Source of the DNA: Chrysomallon squamiferum
Taxonomy: Eukaryota; Animalia; Mollusca
Assembly (NCBI GenBank): GCA_012295275.1
Contig: CM022665.1
Span: 7,378,001 to 7,442,000 of the forward strand
Length of the DNA stretch: 64,000 nt
Direction: 5' to 3'
Position 1 is the first letter of the stretch. Every line of letters begins with the position of its first letter. The notes under the pieces are model-generated. The model ran no database searches and was not told the DNA's origin. It worked only from the letters and a program-made list of their open reading frames with translations. Positions 1 through 12,259 of this stretch are shown in pieces. The position numbers and the translations under genes were made by a program.

Positions 1-112
1 CAGTATGAAACATACTATGGGGGGGGAAATTAAAATCAAACCCCCTAAAAACTGTAAATTATAAGGATTATGCTTTAACATGGCAATATAAGCACTGAAT
101 ATCCAATACATT

Positions 113-549
113 CTAAAAACATTTGTCCTGAAGATATCTGGTGAGTAGACCTATAAACAGGTTTACAATGTATTGCCTATTTATGTGTTTTAATATATAA
201 GAAATGATTTCATTATGACATCAACATATATTTACCTTGTTCTCCTTTATCATGGTAGACATGACAGCCTATAGTGTCATCTACAATATTAACAGTATAG
301 TTTTATTTATTTATTTTATAAACAACAATGCATCTTGTTTTGTTTTTTATAAACATTATAAATTAAAAAAATTTAAAGTCATTAACTGGAAGGAAAAAGG
401 GAGTGAAAAGACGAAAAGAAAACAAGGACTGAATACATTTTAATATGCATTTTTTGTATCATAAAACATAAAATGAAAATGAACATACCTGGTATAAAAT
501 ACTGATTTTTTAGTGACCAGATGAACACTTCACACAGACAGGTAACCAT
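113..549 (-). CDS. Candidate spliced micro-ORF (47 aa) or 5' part of an unknown gene
   Basis: Exons 549-489 (ATG; upstream acceptor ttcttcatcAG at 575-576; donor CAG|GTATGT), 280-236 (ttgtAG ... AAG|GTAAAT) and 150-113 join in phase 1/1 to give MVTCLCEVFIWSLKNQYFIPDDTIGCHVYHDKGEQGLLTRYLQDKCF*. No recognised homology; the last exon is uncertain. Confidence 0.3.
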
Positions 550-659
550 TGGGCAGTTTTAGTTTACTTTACACCTGATGAAGAAAGTATGTAATGTATG
601 GGGAAAAAAAAATAATAATAAAATAAAATAAATAATAATAAAAAATAAAAAAAAAAAAA

Positions 660-716
<57 letters not shown>

Positions 717-1513
717 TAAACTAACAAAATAAATAAGAATAAAATATTATTCTTATTTATTTATTTAGTTTATTTATTTATTCCCCAGTGTTAAATTTTG
801 ATGAAGTTACTCACATTACTGTCACCATGCAACTTAGAAGTATTTATCTGTTTTTCGATTTGCCGTATTAACTATTATCTTTCCTTTATCAATAAAACAA
901 CAACAGTTAATCAGGTTCATGTGTCCTCAAGCTAATTACACATAAAAAACCAAACAAAAACCCCACAAATGTACACGAGTTAACAAATAGCCCGATCTTT
1001 GGTTATTTTTGCAGTACTATGAACACTACGATTCATATGATGCCTTGAAGGATCATCATGATCATCTTTAAATAGTATTTCCATGTAAAGTATCATAGTA
1101 TGGGTCTAAATATTAGAAATATAATATGCTCATGGAATTAATAATTCTTTTTAAAAAAAAAAGTATGGTATATTATACTTACAACACTCTCTTAGAAAAA
1201 ATTTTGTTCGTGACATTATTGGTATTGTTTTGGTTTTTTATTTTTTATATATTTTTTTTGTATTTTGAATACCGGTGTCAGTGGACTTTTTGTTGCACAC
1301 GAAAATATGTTCTCTTATTAATACATATTATATTATGTTTAAAATGACACTAAGAAACAACTACTGAAGAGAAGTCAAACACAGTTTCTATATTTCATCA
1401 AAATGACTTTTTATTTTATATCAGATGTGTGCATACACACTACTATGTGCCAGCAGATTTTGCTCATACCAAGACAAAAATATGCCGACACATTTCTTTA
1501 GCATTAACTATTG

Positions 1514-1523
1514 TGCGCATGCG
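1514..1523. promoter_or_regulatory. NRF1-type motif TGCGCATGCG
   Basis: Match to the NRF1 consensus in an AT-rich background, about 1 kb upstream of the candidate minus-strand exons at 113-574. Confidence 0.35.
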
Positions 1524-2437
1524 TAAACGTATTCTGAAACTATTACTGGTTTTCATCAAAATAAATTTCATATTCGCATCCACACCATTGTTTTATATGT
1601 GCATTTTAAGAAGGTTTAGTAAAGTGCTCCGTATTAGGATTACTTTAGAATAAATAATGTAATACATCCTCATTTTCTGGAAACTTAATAACCAAGAAAA
1701 ACGTACACAGTTTAACACGCACATACGATTAGATTTAATTACTTCCACCACAGGTATATTTATTAGTTTAATGCCATTATTAGTGGATTGCACGTTTATT
1801 TCTGTGAATGCTTATCATTTGCTGCAAATATAAACAGATTTAAAAACAAAATAAATGTAAAAGATATTGTTATTGTAAATAAATAAATAAATAAAAAAAA
1901 TAATAATAATAATGTCAGTTTCTGTTCTATCAGGATTTAGTCGTGTTTTATGGCCTATAGTAGAAATTATCAGCTGTTTTCTGAACGGAACGCCAGTCAA
2001 GAAATGGAATATTCATTTTAATGGAAGGAAGGAAAAATCTAATAATAAAATATTACACATATATTATTATACATATTGCAGAGAACTGCTGCTTTAAGTT
2101 AGGCCAATCCAGAATTAGGTTCATTCGACTCGGAGTAGCCCGAATATCCTCTGGCGGAGAACAGTTCGGACGGACGTTTGGATGGGTATCTCTGCCAGAG
2201 ATGGGTCTACATCGTTTTTCACCTTAACTACCATTTAGTCGTACATACGCACTCTAGGTTGAAAGAAGTGACACTGAACAAGTTTGAAACGAGTTAATCG
2301 TGCTCGTCCCTATCATGTAGAGTACGACATATATAACTTAACTAGGTAGGTAGGTAGGTAGAAATGTTTAATTCAATATATTTGAAAACGAAGAAGAAAA
2401 AAAGAAAGAAGAAGAAGCACTGAAGTGTTTAAATGCT

Positions 2438-2443
2438 TTTATT
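2438..2443 (-). terminator. Polyadenylation signal AATAAA of GH10 copy A
   Basis: tttatt on the plus strand about 90 nt past the stop codon; the same signal is present in copy B near 13683. Confidence 0.6.
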
Positions 2444-2531
2444 AGGATATTATCACTTGTCGAGTATTTCTACAGGTTTAAGGTTTCTATTGGTGATATT
2501 ATTGTATCACTTGTCGAGTATGTCTACAGGT

Positions 2532-4688
2532 TTAAGGTATGGTAAGCGAGATCTGCTCAGGAGCCTTTCCTAAAGTGAACGTCTTCTTCTGGTCAGCCAG
2601 TTCTTGGCCCTGGTAGCTGACTCGAACTTCATAGTCTCCATGGAAACCTCTTACTGTAAACTCGTCACCACTCTGAGATAATGTGTGAGTTTCATTGGTC
2701 ATCCACTCGTTTTCAAGAAGATCCAAAACCTTTTGACCAGCAGCGTTTATCTGTGAAAAAAAAAAATGAAAAAAAGTGTTTAAAAAACATTTATAATGCA
2801 GTTACTTTATTTGACAGTTTCTGATATAAAATGTAATTCTATAAACTCGTATAGTTCAAACGCAAGTCACGCGACTTTCTAACTGCTACTAATAAACGAA
2901 TATAATGTCATTTTATCAAAAGGAACTGATTTAAAATATACATGTCAAATATTACTCTAGTTAAATACTAACTCTAAAGTCGCGTCCACTGACGAGAGAA
3001 GCTAAATCTCTCTGAAAGTGTCTTTCACTCCAGAAACCCCACATAATGATCCCTTCTATCCCAGGATGTCCATAGAGTAAACGGAAAATTGTATCAAACA
3101 TCTCTGCTCGTTTGTTTTCATCTGCGTTTTCAATACTCAGTTCCGATATCCAAATAGGAACATTTGCCTTGGCAAGAGTATCCAAGCGATCCTGAAATTT
3201 AAAAAAAAAGAGAAGATTGACGAATGTGTACGTACTTACTTGAAAAATGTGTCGTAAAATGTATTGCTATTTCTGTGTTCATCAGAAGACTTTACTGTCA
3301 AGATATCAATATTTATTTATTTATTTATTTATTTATTTGTTTATTTATTCTGCCAAATTTTGTTTCGAAAGCAAACGCAGAATTGCTAAAATTTTGCACC
3401 ACTTTTGCATAACAATCGAAATGTTTTCTGTTAGGCATATTACACAAACAGCAGGTAGATTTTGAAAATATTTATTTAAGATTTCTTTGATAATACAATT
3501 CGTTCAGTGTGCTGTTGTTTTTATTTTTGGGGGGATTAAGGTATCTCTTTTTGATTCTTTAGAGTGAACCCTTTAAAAAGTTTACCCAACAGAAATATTA
3601 GTTCCAATACGTCACTGAACAAGGATGTTTATTTTCCTATAATTATTATTATTATTACCGTCATGGAATTATGAATGGCAATTACGTTTCTATCCTATGG
3701 CTTGTATAGAAAAATTTATGTTTTGTAGACCATCAACTTTTTGTTAATGAGAAGCTTAGTTAATTTACTTTTCATTTATTAGAAATAATTTTCATAAATA
3801 AATTTAATATAGGAATCAATCTGACATTGATTTGACAAAAACCTTAATAATTTCAGGTCTCGGGATTGAACCTCCTCTGAAGTGACCCTGGACACCGATT
3901 CCATAGAGTCCAACATCAGCTGCTAAAAATTTCCGTGCTTGATGGAGGTATGCCTGAAATAAACAAATAAACAAGTAAATAAATAAATAAGTAATTGAGT
4001 AAGTAAATAAATAAACAAACAAATAAATAAGTAAAACTATAAATAATGATAAAAATATTCTGTATGTTCTGTGTTTACTTGTTTATATAGGTATGTTTAT
4101 ATCTTCGTCTTCGTTGTTCAGTGTGAATTATTTTACATATATACTAGTTAAATAGTTTCGTTTAACAATCACTGATACAACAGTTTCTGCTCTGCTTATT
4201 CTTGTACATAGTGTAATTACTATTTACTATCAAATCCATCTTACTGGAATTCACACCAAAGACTAACTAGTTTCTTTGTTGTAAAAAACACATCTGAGAC
4301 AGATTTAGAACTAAGTTTGCTGAAATAATGTTTTCGTTAGCATTAAGTTGAATAATGTTTCTCAGTATTTTCTCATTATTTATAATTATGTTGTGTTGTA
4401 TATATAGATATTATTCTACTGACTTTTATTTGCCTAACTTAGAACAATACATTGTTTACAAAATACGTTTTTCTTTCTTACCTGTGTTGATTCACCTCTG
4501 GACAACATGGCGTAGTCGTTAAGGAACATTTTCACGTTAGGAGCCGTGTCGTGAGCTTTCTTAAAGATTTTTAAATTGTAGTCGGGGTCGTTGGCGTGGT
4601 CTTCATAAAAGAAACCATGGAGGTTCTCATTATTCACGTCCCAGTGTTCCAACCTGGAAAAATAATAACAACAACTAGAACAACAACA

Positions 4689-4728
<40 letters not shown>

Positions 4729-6049
4729 AATAATAATAATAATTGGTATAATCATGTGAAAACACAGCAAAGAAACATCATATTATTTAACTTGGTCACC
4801 AACGAAGCTATTTATTTATTTATTTATTTTTATTTTTTATTTTTTCTCTAGGCGACATTTGTATTGCGACTGAGTAACACATTTTAACCCTCAGACAATT
4901 GACTTCTTACTATTACAATAACCATGTAATATTCATTTCGTTTCATAAGAAAGCAAACTTACATATCTTTTGTTTTTGATACGATGTCAGTGATACGATG
5001 GTCAACCGCTTTTTTCAGTTCTTCACCGTACAAAGGCTGAACCCAACTTGGATACACAGTGGACCACAGAATGTTGTGACCTCGTACCTTGATTCTAGAA
5101 CCAAAATAGGCAATATACAGATATGTATATGTGTCCGTGTACGTGTATATATATATATATACGCACGGATGTATGTGTGTATTTATGCGTAAACTGATGT
5201 TTGCATGTGCGACTAAGCTGCCACAAAATTCCTACGCATTTTTACGGCAGAGTTGTACGCATTTTCTTTATTTTATTATTACTAGTATTTTATTTTAAAT
5301 TCTTACGTATGTGTGTACATAAATATCTGTTTTTGTACGATGGAGAAAGGTTGAATCTGACATTTTTATAACAATAAAGTTAACTTGTTATAAGTCAATA
5401 TTTTATTGTTACTTTAGTATACAAATTTCGATTTTAAAAGTCAGTGAAATAGAAGGATAGTATTTAATTCAGTTTCATGGAATTTTATAGACTATCCAAT
5501 TGAAAATCAAACTTATTATAAATCTTAAGAATTTTTATTTTTGGACAGCAATTACCAACGTCATTATATTTACTTACCCATTTTCGTTAAGTTTCTTAAT
5601 GGCTGGGAATGATTTCCAATATTTAGGACGTCCCTGAAATAACACAACATGTTACACAGATCGAATACGAATCTAAAAACGAAATGTTTACTAAAGTCGA
5701 CTACAAAATAAAACAAAAGCAGAATGCTGAAATAACATATAAAAAATAATTCTCTCAAATAAAACAAAAAATAATAATAATAATAAAACATTTTTTTATC
5801 GTCCCTACCTTTCTTTTTTCCATGAGATTCCATTTCAAGGCGTTTTCTGTTGTTGCCCAGTTGAAGTGATCGTTAATAAATTTCTGATACCTTTTGTCAC
5901 CTCTGTAATATTCTCGACACGAAATTGATGTTCCGAACGGAAATGACTTTTTTGTCTGGGAAATCTAATAATAATAATAATAATAATAATATTAATAATC
6001 ATCATCATTGTATTGTGCATTGTTGTTCTTGATGTTGTTGTTGTTGTTA

Positions 6050-6119
<70 letters not shown>

Positions 6120-8544
6120 CATTATTATTATCATTATTATTATTATCATATGCAAATGGAATTATAACTTGCCGTAATTTGAACGTCGTCTTTATTCACA
6201 TCATTGCCAGTTGTAACACTGTAAAAAGAAAATAATTATGTTTTTCTGCAACAAAAATTCATTTTTACCAGATATGTATAATTACTCGCTTACATTTTAA
6301 ATCTAAATAATTTATGGCTCCAATCCTTCATCGGAACGTCATTAAATACGTCATGTCTTGAACGTCGCAATTGTTTTATTTTTATTTCCCACCCCATTTC
6401 CATTTTAATGCTTAAAAATGACGTGTTAAACATTCAAGCACTTTCAGTTTGTGTATTAGGATTTATTCTCTTGAGATATATGAGATGTATCCAACGTTCT
6501 AGGTAACCCAGATACATTTTTAAATGAGATCTATCGTATCAGAATCAAGACATGTTGGGTGAAGGTGAAAACGTTTGTTTCAGAAACTTGAGGATAGTGC
6601 CTTTATAACAGAAATATTTCCAGCATCTGCCTTTTTGAGTTTTGTTCAACAATAATTTTGGAACTCTTAAATGAGTCAAAATAAAATCGCTCATTACAAT
6701 ATTTCAGCTCAGCTGAATGACTAATACAGCAGACGTCAAGCAGAAAAAAACGTTTTGTCTACCTGAAACTAATATCACTCTTTCTCAAACTGTCGATGAC
6801 CTTGTCTGTATCTTCCTTCCACGTTGTCCACTCCGGCAACTCCTGCATTGATGCATCATCAATAATGTAGTCAACCTCAGTAGAGGGACCAGTGATAAAT
6901 ACCTCTGCCCATAGCACCGCTGAAATTAAATCATGTATACATAAACATACAGTTTCAACACTATATGCGACAAGCCTTTATAATTTTTAAATTACAAAAA
7001 CATTATGGAGACATCATTATCTGTGGACCAGTTTGTACCCTGTGAGCACAGACATATTTGCATTTAAATACAAGAGCCAGTTATTATAATTTGTTGCTTA
7101 TAGTTACATAAATGCATCCATATTTAAGTTGTTAGTACAACTGCCACTCGTTTATTTAGAGTTTCTCACAAACTGGTTGGGTCTATATGTGACTCAGTAT
7201 GGAATGATCAATATTTTTGTGTTACAAAACGATATGTGAGTCACGTGTGAGATATTTAGAAAGATAATTTTAGATAAAACTACACCGAGAATGAAACAAA
7301 ATATCAAGTATAGACACAGAACATGTCTAAGATATTAGAAAGAGACAAACTGAGAAAACGTATTCGTACTTCGGTTTGGTGCAGTAAAATCTCCTTTCAT
7401 TTGTACCCAGTCGTCGGAAGTGTTAATTCTTCTGTAGTGAGATAGGTGAGAACCATATCTTTTATTGCCTGGCGATAAGAAAAACAAGAAATCATGGTAT
7501 ATAATTAACAAAAATTACTAAAAATTAATATACAGTAATTTAATGCATTATTATGTACATATATAAAGAGAGGACATCCTTTTTCAGTTTTGTCGTAAGA
7601 TGACGTATTTTATTTATTTAGCTTCAGATTGAGGAAACATAAAACTCAGAGTACAGATATAATGTCATCTGTATATTTTAGAACACATTAGATATGTTTC
7701 AAATCATACTTGTTGAAGTATAAGAAGCATACCTTCAAGCTTAAGAATCACCGTCAATCTGACTGCTGAACCGAATGAGCCTGGGGCGTCGTTTAAAGGT
7801 TTGATCCAGACCGACACCACATAGGATTTGCCTGGTGTGATTTGTACACGCTGCGACACTCCACGCTTCTTTGTTTGACTGTTTAACAACACAAATGAAA
7901 GCAACATATGTATGTAAAATGATATTCAGAATTTAACCGTTAAATCTAGCGACTACTGTATTAAGAGAGAGGAATACAACAGCAGAAAAGAAGAAAAAAA
8001 AAAAAATGACTGATAATTACTATTTATATTTTTATATTTTAATGATAATATACCAGTCGTTTAACAAATAAAAAAACACTTTCTTTTAAAATAAATAATT
8101 TAACAATTCAATTGTTAATATCGTAGAATATGTTTAGCTAACTCCTCTACGTGTTTCGACATTCCTTGATAAGGATAGCGAAGAACAAACAGACAAACAG
8201 CCGAGTACATGTTACGATAAGATAACGAGATAATAGCACAGTCTGCGAAAACTCGTAGAAAAACAGAAAACGTATAGAGATATATTTAATATACTTTTTT
8301 TTAATTCAAAAGTGGACAGGTGCATGTACCAAAAAAAAAAACCCCATGAAGAGAACGTAAATGACGTTTACCCTGAAACGCCAGCTACTTTAATGGCGTG
8401 ATTCCCCGAGTGAGCGGTGTCTGTGACAGAGCAGACCGCGCCACGACAAGTCCACTTGTCTGTGCTTTCCATATCTGCGTTGTTGAACAGTTCCTGAGAC
8501 GCCACACAGGAGACGAGGCAGAGAAACGACGCCAACCACCACAT
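2532..8544 (-). CDS. Secreted GH10 endo-1,4-beta-xylanase/cellulase with N-terminal CBM4/22-like module, copy A (561 aa, 12 exons)
   Basis: Exons: 8544-8372, 7878-7733, 7468-7370, 6919-6763, 6218-6173, 5964-5809, 5633-5578, 5094-4963, 4653-4482, 3953-3843, 3191-2973, 2750-2532; total 1686 nt in an open frame. Signal peptide MWWLASFLCLVSCVASQ. GH10 motifs ENALKW, RGHNILW, WDVNNE (acid/base Glu), FLNDY, GIGVQGHF, IWISEL (nucleophile Glu) and WGFW. Intron 5 donor is GC. Confidence 0.93.
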
Positions 8545-8625
8545 CGTGTTGTATACAGTGTTGTTTGTATCTACTCTTTTCTGATACCGCAGTCTCAGTT
8601 AAAATTAATTCTGAAAGAAACCTTT

Positions 8626-8673
8626 TATTTATAGTTGTCCGCAAATAAAGACACACCTACTTCATCTGATTGG
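8626..8673 (-). promoter_or_regulatory. TATA box (TATAAATA) and CCAAT box of GH10 copy A
   Basis: tatttata at 8626-8633 and attgg at 8669-8673; both are retained in the diverged promoter of copy B. Confidence 0.6.
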
Positions 8674-9317
8674 ACATTACCTTCGTTTCCGCTGTATGTG
8701 AAAAGATTTACAAATATATAATCTATCTATATTAATATATTTGAATGAAAACTACTGTACTTTTCATTTTATTTCAGTCTATTAAGAAAAGAAAAGACGA
8801 TGTTTACGTAAAAATTAATAATAAAATGACCCATTTACGCTATTGTATAGATTAATACAATACTTTGCCATTAACAATGTGGCCATTTCCAGTCAACACT
8901 AGTTTCTGGAAACAATGATCAGGTTAATAAACTATGACTGGTAAGGCGAAAACAGAAGAGAGAAAATTTCTATAATAATAATATTGTTCTTTTTGTGTTA
9001 ACGGCAATCACTGTTACATTTTATGACCACTTTATTTGGCGTAATTAAATTCATAATTACTTCCTGTTTCCTGTGACATATTTGTCCATTTTTCGTTTCA
9101 TTTCACCTTTACTTTTTAGTTATAAGTTAAACAGATTATATTTTTATAAGACCAAATTTTTCTGTCTGTATAACGTTATTTTTATTTTTATGTATTTATT
9201 TTTTCATATGTGGATACTTATTTTCAAATGTTTTTATTTATTTATTTTTATTTTATTTTATTTATTCATTCATTTATTCATTTTTGTTTATATATACGTG
9301 TATATTTAATATATATA

Positions 9318-9334
9318 TGTGTGTGTGTGTGTGT

Positions 9335-9403
<69 letters not shown>
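9318..9403. repeat. (GT)n microsatellite
   Basis: Read directly from the sequence. Confidence 0.95.
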
Positions 9404-9406
<3 letters not shown>

Positions 9407-9491
9407 ATTGCGTATTACATACTAAAAACGCAGTCCTATACTAAAGCCAGTCTATGCCTTTGATTTTCAGATCTGTTTTTGAGAATTTCGT

Positions 9492-9761
9492 TCCACTGTA
9501 ACTAGACTTTTATTTAAATGAGGCAAGAAACTGATGTGTTTGAAGTCAGTTATGTCTTTCATCGCAACGAAGTCGGTAGACTTCAAACGGTAACCGTAGA
9601 CATAAACAAATTCATTCAGTGGATATCGTTTCGATCGGAATAGAGATTTATATTTTATATTTTCAAAAATAAATTCTTTGTATAAAAAAAAAAAAAGAAG
9701 AAGAAGAAGAAATTCGTCAATTTCGGTCTGAGGCATTTGCCTCAGTGTAGTTACGGCCATG
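9492..9761 (-). mobile_element. MITE family with CATGGCCGTAACTA termini, internally deleted copy
   Basis: Ends in TAGTTACGGCCATG; the body is the reverse complement of 20871-21115 and 24359-24550; left terminus degenerate. Confidence 0.75.
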
Positions 9762-10260
9762 CAGGTACAAATCATTTCGGTATTGGTTTTGCTTGTAAAC
9801 AACTGCCGACATTTACCAGAACTTAGGTACATTAACATTTATATACAAATTTTTAACTGAAGTTGAGCTTTCCTTTTAAACAGTTTGTATCTTGCACCTA
9901 TCAAGCTGTATTTGGAATCAATCAAAAACAGCGTCCGTTCATCAGGGGAAAATGTAACAGAAAAAAAAAAGGCGAATGGCTGGAGTACGTGTGCTGGTTA
10001 CCGTACCCTATCATTTCATCGTTTATTGCTTTTCTGATCCATTCTGCACAGAACGACTGTAGTTCACAGCAGCTAATTAAAGTATCGATCAGCAAGAAAG
10101 TGCATGACCGCGAAGCATTCAATCCATGCTTTCTACTTTGCAACATTTTGTAAATTTTTAATACAGACCTGCTAGATTCTTGACCGTGGAAATTGTACAA
10201 ATTTAAAGGAATTATAAATTCACTAAGCTGAAATGGCAGCTGTCCTTTTTCTACGTATAT

Positions 10261-10582
10261 CATGGCCGTAACTAGACTCTTTTTGAAATGAGGCAAAATC
10301 ACTTAATCGCCGAGCGGAGCGGGGCAAACAAATGGGCGAGGGGTCTGGAGCCTCCTAAGGCTCCCAGAATCTCCGACTTGAAAGACGCAAAATCCTCGAG
10401 TCTAGCCATTTGAAATCAGTTACGTCTTTCATCGCAACGAATTTATTCAGTAATATAGTTTCTATCGGTGTAGAAATTTATATTTTATATTTTTTAGATA
10501 AAATATATATATATATATATATAAAAAAAAAATATTCGGTATAGGCATTTCTCTCATTTGCCTCAATGCAGTTACAGCAATG
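10261..10582 (-). mobile_element. MITE family with CATGGCCGTAACTA termini
   Basis: Starts CATGGCCGTAACTAG and ends GCAGTTACAGCAATG (imperfect terminal inverted repeat); carries subterminal TGAGGCAAA motifs; homologous to the copies at 20.9 and 24.3 kb. Confidence 0.75.
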
Positions 10583-12218
10583 GATATGTTGTGCGTGTGC
10601 GTGCATCAGCGTATATGTGTGAATTATTAAAATCCATGTTCATGAATGAATGCCATATTGCAGCATCGTTTTAATACATAAAACAGGTTCAAGACAAACA
10701 GTGTAACAGAAGATAACTTTTTTTTTTTTTTTTTTTTTTTTTGACAGGGGTATGGAGATAAAAACCATTGGTACGGTTAACAGAAACGTAGGGTACGACG
10801 ACATAATCAGGATTATGGAAATCCCTGTTGAACATGAGCGTTTAGAAAACTGCTATTTTTAGACATGTTGTGAAATCATTGTAACTTCCCGTCACTATGA
10901 TAGTAAACACGTTCCCGGTGTCACACGACAAAAACAAATGCCTATCACTTTGCTACGGAAATAGCGGCGTACGGTGTTCCCCGAGGGGTACGATAATTAG
11001 CTTATCTACTATAATATACGACTACATTCTCTGTATAAAATAAAATAAAAAAAATATATAAATATCCAGATAGGAAAAAAAATAATTAAAAAAAATGTTT
11101 ATATATGTTTCTCTCTGCGGAACCAGTATTTCAGTCACTTCACGTAAAAGCTGAAAATCGTATTCAAATGACAAAAGAGATGGAAAAAAAAAAAAAAAAA
11201 AAAAACACCATGAAACGATTGTATATCAACTGAATGGTAAGTAAATGTATTCACAGGAAATAAACATTTACTTAATAAGCTACCATGACAACGACTGGAA
11301 CATTTCATGACCTTGTCCACTACAGACAGACTTTCTGTCACGGCTTGTCGTAATCTCAGTGTTGTTAACGTCAGTTTGGAAACTTTGTGGGCACAAATTG
11401 AATTGGTGTGTGAAAATTTCAGTTTTTGAATCCCTGTTTTCACATAAATTGTGGGATATATCATTATTATGATCTAAAATAATGCTGAATATGCTTCTTG
11501 GGTCATTATGCCCCTGTCAACCAACAGTTTTGGCTTTTGGCCAGTCTCAAATTATATATATTTAATGATAAATAGCCTTTAAAGACAATGGAATTTGATA
11601 AATTAACTTTAACAGGAGATAGCACTTATGTCATTGCTTTTTCAAATTCTCCGTTACTGCTGTTTTCAAATATGTTATCGTTGTGTAATAAACATCTTTT
11701 CGAATTAACATTTTGTTTTGCATTAATTACATTTTGCTTTCAAAATTCATGTTCTGCTGATTTCGCCATTTCGTACATACCCAAAAGAACTATGAGGTAT
11801 TTCTACCATTTGCACGTGCAAATATACACACTACATCCAGAAGCTGTTGCTAACTGTAAAGTGAGTTTGGTTTAACTGTTCAAACATACTGAACACAGAC
11901 ATGAAGTGAAATGACTAGATATATATTTATGTACATAACTTTACAGAGTCAGAAAAATAGGTTGTGTTCTTCTTTTCTCTAAATAAAGGTGAAACAGGTG
12001 TGGCTATTCTTCGTAAAATGCAATATCAAAATCTATTTATTTTATTCTGCAATAACCAGTACACTAATAATTGTTATTCTTTTCTAATCACCAGTGTTTT
12101 GTCATTGTAAAACAGTTCTTTAGTTCTATTATTATTGGTATTATTGTTGTTGTTGTTATTGTTGTATGATGTTGCTGATATTCTTATTGTTATTAATTTA
12201 TATTTTTTTGTAAAATGT

Positions 12219-12259
<41 letters not shown>

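Noticed and set aside
5570-6235. ORF-track entries such as MESHGKKKGR... and the poly-Ile/Leu ORFs
   Set aside because: They are out-of-frame reads across real GH10 exons 6-7 and (ATT)n microsatellites.
9863-10302. Overlapping 96-aa and 126-aa ORFs between two MITEs
   Set aside because: No recognisable domain or consistent splice structure; partly repeat-derived.
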